In this document: positions 54,537 to 64,000 of the stretch, piece by piece | Layout of the letters: each line of letters opens with the position of its first letter | How positions within the stretch are numbered: the stretch's first letter is position 1 | The notes under the pieces: generated by a model | The model's input: the letters and a program-made list of their open reading frames with translations, nothing else | What the model was told of the DNA's origin: nothing | Database searches by the model: none | Made by a program: the position numbers and the translations under genes | Source: Felis catus | Taxonomy: Eukaryota | Length of the DNA: 64,000 nt | Direction: 5' to 3' | Assembly: GCF_018350175.1 (NCBI RefSeq) | Contig: NC_058368.1 | Span: forward strand, 129,086,001 to 129,150,000

Positions 54537-56445
54537 TGAATGTCACAGGAATGTTTACTATCCAAAAAATAATATCACTTAATCAAAAAGTACTGATGTT
54601 CACTTGTGTGTCATTTGATATAAGTGGTGATGTGAGATAGCCTGTTAGAAATGAGCCCCTTTTAATGCCACAAACCTTGAAAAGGACTGTGCCTATTTAG
54701 TCTATGTTGTTACTGAGATAAATGTTAAGTTTGATAATTTGCGAGTTCGTGCTGGTAGCCATGTACCTATTTACTTGATCACTTAAATAATGAAATGGAA
54801 ATTCATCGGCATTCCTCTGAATTATTATTTTGGCTTTTACATGACATCTGGGTTTTGAGTATGTCGTTTTGCATGTGTTAGCAAAGGACTTGGAGGCTCC
54901 AGGAATGAATTACCACTCGCTAATTCTTTCAGAGAATTCATTAAGTGTAGATTCACCAAGTTCAAAGTTTCATGGACTCTCTAAGGCAGTCTTAATTCTC
55001 TTCTTTTTATAAGGTCAAGAGCTGAATGGCCTAAGAAATTTTGGCTGGCATTATTTTTAAAAAGTTTTTTCTGTTTGTTTTGTTTTTTTTCTGGAAAAGA
55101 GTAAGTGTAATTTATATACTAGCCTAATCTTTTATGCAAATTTCGGTGATGCCTACTGGGTAAAGTTGCTTCTATATCTTAAGTACATGGGTATTATTGT
55201 GGGATTGTCTGTGATTGATAGATGAGTAAAGTGTGGTGTTCTCATCATATATTTAGAACTGTTGCATACAGGGAAAGGATTTAGAGAAAATAACATTTCA
55301 CTGCTTTTATTTGTCCAAAGCTAAAGATCTCTTTGAAAGAAAAACCTTTATCAAATATATTACAGTATCATACATTTGTGTGTTTTATAAGTGTATTTTA
55401 AAGGGAAAATGTTCTTAATAACAAGAGTAATTTTGGTAAAATTCTTGATAGTAATTTTTTGAAGCACTCTCCTTAACTTTTTTTTTCTTCTAAAGATTAA
55501 AAAAAGCCTATCTTGGCAAATTTCAGGTGATCTTCATTCTTTTATTACTGTTTTGTTTTAGTTCCCTCCTGTTTAATTCCTTTTGATACAAGCAGTACCA
55601 TTAGCCACAAACTTTTATGTTGTCATTGGCTCTTAGTAACTGAGTTTTGATTTCCATTATACTGAAGGACAGGAAGAGAATGTGTGCTTTTTATAGAGTT
55701 GATAGTGTCTTATACCTGTTTATGATTTGCCTTTTTAAATGTCTCCATGTTCATTACTCATGAATATTTTAAAACTTTTTCTTAGCTTTTGATTAGCGCA
55801 TCCCTCCCTGTTAAACATTTTTTTTTTAAGAACTGTGCCTGCTAAGGAATGCTGTTGATTCATCACAGCTTCCTTTACTTTCCTGATCCTGCTAGGACTG
55901 TAAAGAATGGGTAGTGCAGGACGGGAAGCAGTCTAAGGGGAAGCCAAGGGACCATTTCTGTAAACTCCTGAAAATAAACACTCCATGACTGAGTTGACTG
56001 CACTGGGGCATCAATTCTTCTTACAGTTACTTTGTAAATTTCAGGAGCATAGTAGTTAGCAGACAGTAACTATTCTGAAATAAAAGATGCTAACTTTTTC
56101 TGAAAAAGAAACAGTAGTAACCCTGTATTGTTGCTGCGTGTTGATCGCTTTTGACCACAATGCAATATTGGCACATTGGGCCAATTGACGTAATGGTAAA
56201 GCACTTCTGCGAGTTCAGGGATTACACTGATTATTCATCTACAAATAATTCTGAATAATCGGCTGACTGTTTTTCTTGTTGGGAGGTATCATAACAAGAA
56301 GTGTTGATTATGCATCCTGGCCTGTTTTGCATAGCACAAAAAGGTAACTTGGTGATTTAAGGGAAACATTGAAAGGAAATGGAGGAGAAATGAAGAAAAT
56401 AGATAGTCTACAAGTTTGCTATAACTAGGTCTTAAGTAGAGTTAG

Positions 56446-56826
56446 TGTCTTAGTCTTCCCAGGCTGCCATAGCAAAATACTGCAGAGTGGGTGGCTTAAG
56501 CAATAGAAATTTCACACAATTCTGGAGGCTGGGAAGTCCAGGGCCAAAGTGCTCGATAATTAAATTTCTGGTGAGCCCTCTCTTCCTGTCTTGTATATGT
56601 CTGTCTTCTTGTGCTCTCACAAGCAGAAGGGTAGAAAGAGAAAGAGAACTCTTTGATATCTGTTCTTATAAGGACACTAATCCTATTGGATCAGGGCCAT
56701 ACCCTATGAACCCATTTAACCTTCATTACCTCTGTAAAGGCCTTATGTCCAAGTATAGTTCACCTTGGGAGTTGGGGCTTCTGCATATGAATTGGGGTGG
56801 GGAATATAAACTTTCAGTCCATAATA
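56446..56826 (-). mobile_element. MaLR solo LTR (MLT1A-like)
   Basis: tgtcttagtc...ggctgccatagcaaaatac...ggtggcttaag...ttctggaggctgggaagtcc...cttataaggacactaatcc...ttcagtccata is the reverse of an MLT1A-type LTR. Confidence 0.85.
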
Positions 56827-58134
56827 ATAATTTAAATAGTTTGGCCTCATTATTTAAACTAAAGGCAGAACTATAATGCTATATCAACTTTTGCAGAATA
56901 TTTTTAAATGTCTTAAACGTAAAAGAAAGGTCATGGATTTGGTAAAATTAGAACTCTAGGGTGGATTTTAGTTTGCCTAGGTAAAAAAACAAATTTTTAT
57001 GAGAATACGATTTTCAAAGTCCTTAAATAATGAACAGTTCAAAAATACTAACCAAAAAATACAGAAATGTTAAAATAATCTCTATTAAAATTATCTGTAA
57101 TGTATCATGCTCCTACTCAGTGCCCAATTCCAACTCTTCACACCATTTCTTCTGAACTGACATTTCTTGCGTTCTAAACTCTTCGCCAGACTGATTTTTC
57201 TCATGGAAAACAAATGTATTATGTCCTTTGAGCAGTAGTGTCATGGTTCATAATTCTAGAAATCATTAAACAAATGTTACCCAAAGGTGACATGGAAACT
57301 AATTTATTAAACACTTTACAGTAACTAAACCTCAAAGTACCTAAGTGGAAAGTAGTTGAACTAACCACTGTGGTTTCCTTTCAAAATTTATTTTAAAATT
57401 TGGTATTGCCTTTCTTAGGGCAGCGTTCAGAGAGCTCACAAGGGAAGTTAGTTCTGTCACCATGCCTGTCATAACCTACTAAGAAATGAGTTTTGACAGC
57501 TTAAATGTAATTTTACTTTTGAAATTGGTCTTTTGGAGCCCTCAAAGTAGTAGATTTCCAGTTACTTTAATTTTTTTTTTCTTTGCCTGTGGTGAGTATC
57601 AAATGGATTACTAACTATTCTTTTATTATTAATCACTTTCCGAGAATTAATACCTATTTCTGCTTATTAGAAGCAACTGTGTTTAAAGTCTTTGCATTGG
57701 GATTTGTGGTTTAAGAGTCCTCCCTTGAGGCGAAGCACTCTTTTCTGGAAACCTGACTTGTCCGTGCCCACAAGACTGATGGGGTCCGGGGGCAGGTTCC
57801 ACAGTTAAGCTGCACAGTCGTGTGTGCGTTTGCAAATCTGGATGCTCAGATGTCACACAGTGAGAAAGGATGTCTCTTGAATTCAGTGAGATTTTATGCT
57901 TCAGAGGGTTTCTTTCTCTGAAGCAGTTATAATATGAAAAAGCTCTGCCCCTTAGTTCTGTGATTCTCATTTTCGCTATGGTACAGTTAGTTGGGGACTG
58001 TTCCTGAAGTGATTGGATACTGGATACTACACCCTGTGGAATCATTTTTGACTAAGAATTGTATTTCTTTCTACTATGTCACTTTGGTTACATTCTTAAC
58101 TAGAATAGCTTGTATATGTCATAACGTTACATAA

Positions 58135-58461
<327 letters not shown>

Positions 58462-59011
58462 TAAAGAAACTATTTATGCTTCTTGGATTGTTGTAGTGGT
58501 GGTTTGTTTGTTGGTTTGTTTGGCTTTTTATTTTACAGTAAAGGAAGAATTGTCTCCTAGACTGCTATCATACTTGTGCTCATGGTGGCTTTTTCTTACT
58601 TTTCTTGAAGCTAGAATTTGGGAATTAAAGAACAATTTTAGGCCAAGTTTAATCACAAGGGAGCAACAGTTGAAACCTTCCTAATTAGTTAATTGTTTTG
58701 AAAATATTAGATTTTGAAACAGTGGTAAATAATAAGTTTACTTGACTGAATGTAATAACTGAGGGAGCCCTTCACACCTGCTGCATCAATAGTGCAGGAA
58801 GGCCGTAGTATCGCTGAAACCCCTTTGTGCTCACCTGGAGCTTAAGGGAAGATGAGGCCTGGTGACTAGGGTTGAAGGCAGCACTATTAGGCATTTTCCA
58901 GGACCTGCTCTCCTCAGTCTGACTACTTCCATCTCCTCCCCAACCCTCCCTTTCATGAATGATAATTAGATTATGTTGTTCTCTGCCACTGACCTTCCTA
59001 TTTTCACTTTC

Positions 59012-59220
59012 CTTTTTATTTATTCTTAAAAATTTTTTTAGAGAGAGTGCACAAGAGGGGTAACGGGGGTGGAGGGGCAAAGGGAGAGAGAGAGAATCCC
59101 AAGCAGACTCCACACTCAGCACGGAGCCCAGCACAGGGCTGGATTCCACGACCCTGGAATCATGAACCGAGCCAAAATCAAGAGTCGGATGCTCGACTGG
59201 CTGAGTCGCTCAGGTGCCCC
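59012..59220 (-). mobile_element. Can-SINE
   Basis: gagaatcccaagcagactccacactcagcac...caggtgcccc. Confidence 0.88.
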
Positions 59221-59633
59221 TTCGCTTTACTTTTTAAAGTCTGTTCATCAAATATTTTTTACCATGAATTTGTCTAGGTGAATATTTTTTAATGAATTCA
59301 AGATTATATTTTTTAATGTTAACTGTTGCCTATTAAACGTTAAGGATCTGAAAGGCATATCTCCTTTTCTTAAAATATGAGATTTTTCCTTTTTTAAATA
59401 ATTAAAACATTCCTGTCTTAAAGTGCAGATTAGACTTAGTTATAGTCACCAAAGAAAGACAGACCATGTACACACACGCCTAAGAGTTTGAGGTGCTGGG
59501 GAGTAGTTTGGTCCCGTAGAATCTTTTCATCAAAGTTTCTGTGTCCGGAAACATTGTAGTGGATTCGAAAGAAGTTCTTGCCTGTGTGAGGGCAGCTTAC
59601 ATCTTTCAGGAGGCCTCTTTTTTTATGCAGTGA

Positions 59634-59640
<7 letters not shown>

Positions 59641-59685
<45 letters not shown>
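59641..59685 (+). repeat. (TG)n microsatellite
   Basis: About 22 pure TG units. Confidence 0.95.
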
Positions 59686-59687
<2 letters not shown>

Positions 59688-61467
59688 CTACCTGTGTGCC
59701 CATGTGTATTGAGTCTGACGTCTTTTAACTTGGTATTCTTTCCTTGGCGCCATGAAATCTGTTTAACCTGTCAGAGAAACCTTGTTGAGTTTTCTCTTAT
59801 CTAATTTTTAAAATGTCCCCAGATGAATTAATAACTAACATAAGCAGAAATCCCCCCACCAAATTACTTTATACCCCTTGGTCTATTTTAGGGCACAGTT
59901 TTGTAAGTTTTTATTCCCATTTTTGGAAGCTGAAATAGAAGTTGTCAGACGAAGACAGATGCTTAGCTCTATGCTTCCATAAATCTTAAGAATTTTGCTC
60001 CTGTTTGAAATGGAAGAATGCTAATGTTATATGATTGCTAGGACCACTGTAAAGTTGAGGGGTAAAATAAAAGGTTTCTCTGTGATTCTAGCTTATGGGA
60101 AGGTATCTGTCAGGTAGAAAGGCTTGCTTTGTAACACTCAGAAACTCACTGATGTTTTTCCTTGGTTGCTGCCAAGGCAATTTGTTTATGGGGGATATTA
60201 GTAGGGCCCTGGGGGATTGTTTTCCAACCTTTTCTTCTACTTGCCACTAGTCCTGCTAAAAGACTGCTGTGGAAGGGAGGTAGTGTGACCTACTAGAGCC
60301 TCTCAAGGCAGCCAGGGCAACAGGAAAGAAAAGAGACCTGTAGCTTACTTGCTTCTTCGTCCTTGTGGAAGTGAGAGAAGGGTGGGAGAGCGGGAAAAGG
60401 GTGTTTTTAGCACTCATTTTCTCATCCTTTTAGCATATTGACCAGTTTCCTCTACAGCAACTCTGGAAAGATCTGCCTGTGAACACAGGGGCATTCTAGG
60501 TTTTTTGAAAAGTTAAATAGCAACTCCACCAAAATTCTTCTTACTTAATAGCTTACCTTGCCACTCTTTAATGCTCACATCTCTTTGTCCCTAGATAAAA
60601 GGAAATGAAAGTGAGGCATTTGGCTTAGCAGAGCAGTAACTGTTCTTGGGTGAGGCCCCAAGGCCAGCCTCACACCCTTTGGTCTTCAGCTCTTATTCCA
60701 TAGTCCCTAACACTGGTATACCTGAATTAAGGTCAGCGTTTTGATGATTGTAAAGGAATAATTGCAGTTGTAGCTACTCTGCTTATCTCTTTGGTACTTC
60801 TATCTGGAAGAGATTGCTAAGCACGTGCTTTGTTTTCCAATAATTGTTCTTTATTTGTCAACATATTCTCAGTCAAACATTGATTGAAATTAGAGATCTC
60901 ACTGAATTTATGCAAGACTGTCAAAGGACAAATACTTGGATCATTTGCATTCATCATCTCTGATAGGATTGATAGAACATATTCTAACTACAAATTCCTG
61001 AAGTAATAAGGAACTAATTCTGCAGGAAACATGAGTTTATTTTTTGTCTAACTTCCCCTCTTATGTTGTGTTTTAATGAGTTAGCTTATCCATTTCAGCT
61101 ATCCACTGATCCCTGACCATTGCAAGCTCAGTCTTAAATGTTCACCTGACTATCAGTTTCTGTTGATTTTTATTTTTTTAATGAGTGAGAAGATTCAAAA
61201 ATTTTAAAGTAGGTAAACATCGAGCCTTGTGTTTCAGATCTCTTCATTGCTATATATCTTAATTTCCTTGAATAATTGCAGTTTTTTGAATGATGCTAAG
61301 GAAAAGAAATCTCTTAAGTTTGGGTAATGAGCAATTAACAAGGTGACTTTGGCATCCAGATAGCAGAGTGTAGCTGTACCAGCTCTTCTTGCACCAAGGA
61401 CCTGAGCAGTTTCTCCCAGCATCTACCCATTCATCTGCTTTCTGACCAGACCCTGTGGCCAAGGTGA

Positions 61468-61686
<219 letters not shown>

Positions 61687-61872
61687 TGAGACTTCATGAT
61701 TAAATAGTTTGCCTTTTTTATTTAAACGGTCATGTTTTCCATCCAGTTCTCAGTAGTGGTGCTAATGTCTGGTTGTAAGGACATTAGCTTATAAGGTAAA
61801 ACAAGTGCTACTCACTTGAACCTGACGTTTTCCTCTTTTAATTGCATCATTAAACTCGGTGCTGACAGAGTT

Positions 61873-61926
61873 TAGGTTTAGTGTCATGCCATGTAAATGT
61901 AGGTTTAGTGTCATGCCATGTAAATG
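61873..61926 (+). repeat. Perfect 27-bp tandem duplication
   Basis: taggtttagtgtcatgccatgtaaatg at 61873-61899 and 61900-61926. Confidence 0.95.
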
Positions 61927-62258
61927 TGGTTCAGGTTCAGAAGCAGATTAAAATGTTAGGTGACATATTTTTTTTTCTCCCTGAAATATTCACCAAAAAT
62001 ATGTAAGCAGGAACTAAGGAGGGTTTTTTACTATCTCATGTTCATTCCGGTTAATTTTGTGCCTTTGTTACCGAGGATGTGTCTCCGTGTATCTTTGTGA
62101 AGCGGAGATTCATAGGCATGTAACTCTGGAACACTTAGTTGTAGTGACATCTGTGCCATATGTGAACATTTCAGGTAAATTAACTTGCGCTTTATGTTTT
62201 GTTTTGTTTCCTTTTTTCCCTCCCTCTTGTGTGTGTGTATATGTATGTGGTTGTATGA

Positions 62259-62567
<309 letters not shown>

Positions 62568-64000
62568 TGACTCTTCAATGCACAAAATGGTTAGACTTTA
62601 GAAGAGCACTGTATTTCAGAGCTGTGCTCATTGCCAGCTGAACCAGACTGCTGCCTGAGGTGCAGGGACTGTACTTTTAGAAACCCTGTATGTGTCCTTC
62701 AATAACAAAGGTCATTTTCTGAATTATGGCCTTAACACCGCTGTTTGTCCTTTAATGAATAGAGGAGATTGTTGCTAGTAAGAGACTTAAATAGAACTAT
62801 CGTGTATCGTGTATAATAAAGAATCAGTTGTGGGGTTAAATTTTTAGAGGAAGTATGAATTTTTATTGATGTTTGCATTTTCATTATAGATGGGCAGTTC
62901 TAGCTCCTTTTGATAACCTTGAGAAAATTAGGTAAAGGAGGAATGATTGGGCCAGGGTCCAGTTCCAGTATTCCGGCAGGCTTTCTTAGTCATACAAATG
63001 GATGTTTGCTTCCTTATAGTTTCTAAAAAAAATTCCTATATAAACCAGGAACTGAAAAGTTTAATCTTTGATCTGTCTCAGGAAATCTCTCCATTAAAAT
63101 ATATACCATATATACCATTAAAAGCATTGAAAGAAATAATTACATAATTACCTTAAGTATGGGGAATAGAATGTCCTGATCAGATGATTAATGTAGATTT
63201 TTAGTTACAGAGTCTCCTCATGATGGTTAATAAAGTTTAAAGACTTAGATTACAGGAAAATGTACTCACCCTATATAGTAGTGTCCAAGTAGCGGGTAGA
63301 GAGGATTGCTGCTATACATTGACATTTTAGAAGTTTCTTTTTAAAAATAAATTTGTGCTCTGTGGCTTATTTTTGTTATCATTTGCCTCTTTAAGGAATG
63401 ATGCAGAAAGTACCATTAACACAAGCTTTCTGGTTATTTGGAATTCTGGCAGGTTTTTTTGGATAAATCTGGCAGATCACTTAGAACTTAACCCCTGCCT
63501 TATTCTTTCTAGGACCCAAGAAGAAATCCCACAATGCCTTTCTAAGGCTTTAGGCATGTCCTTCCCCAGATGTTCTAAATCTTAAAGGGTAGGGGAAGTA
63601 GGAAGAGGTGGATCAACTTATTTTAAGATCTTATTAGAAAGTAAAAAACAAAATCAGATGACTAATGATGCCAAAAAATGATTTCTTTCCGTAGACCTAG
63701 GCATATCTTCTTGATCACCAGAAAAAAGAACAACCAGATTTTGAAGGAGTAACTAAAATGATTATTTTAAAATAACCTGTTTGTCCACTGAGAGGTCCTA
63801 GTCAGAATTAGTTCATGAAGAGCCTCAGAAATCTAGAATCAGAGAATATGTTAAAGCTGTGGAGGAGGTGAGGGCATGGACTGTGCTTAATCCTGCAGTC
63901 CAGCGCTCTGCTTTTGCAGAAGTGATAATTGAGCAACTGGCCCAGGATGCCGCATCTGGTCAGTCGGCCGATTTGGAGTAGAATGTGGGCCCCCTGCTTC

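Noticed and set aside
56487..56876. 129-aa ORF
   Set aside because: Lies almost entirely within the MLT1-type LTR; incidental.
62059..62171. Hairpin followed later by ACA+3 nt, suggesting an H/ACA snoRNA
   Set aside because: No ANANNA H box after the first hairpin and no convincing second hairpin. An Rfam or snoReport run would settle it.

Overview
AT-rich mammalian genomic DNA, almost certainly felid given the abundant Felidae-type Can-SINEs (SINEC_Fc-like). The whole window lies inside ZSWIM6 on the + strand. Ten internal coding exons (about exons 3-12, numbered from my recollection of the human gene) splice in frame via GT-AG sites. Start and stop exons lie outside the window. Introns hold over 25 Can-SINEs (many with target-site duplications), a near-full-length decayed antisense L1, MaLR LTRs, MIR/L2 relics and microsatellites. 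I see no prokaryotic-type system, CRISPR array or second gene. The best leads are regulatory: (1) a candidate 132-nt poison exon (46699-46830) whose donor abuts a ~170-nt hairpin, upstream of an exon with no polypyrimidine tract; (2) a 131-nt AG-free zone with a distant branch point and a cryptic exon before exon 12; (3) a possible stop-free 300-nt circle from exons 3-4; (4) template-switch palindromes and a reused SINE target site. All are sequence-based hypotheses. Repeat boundaries and family names are by eye.
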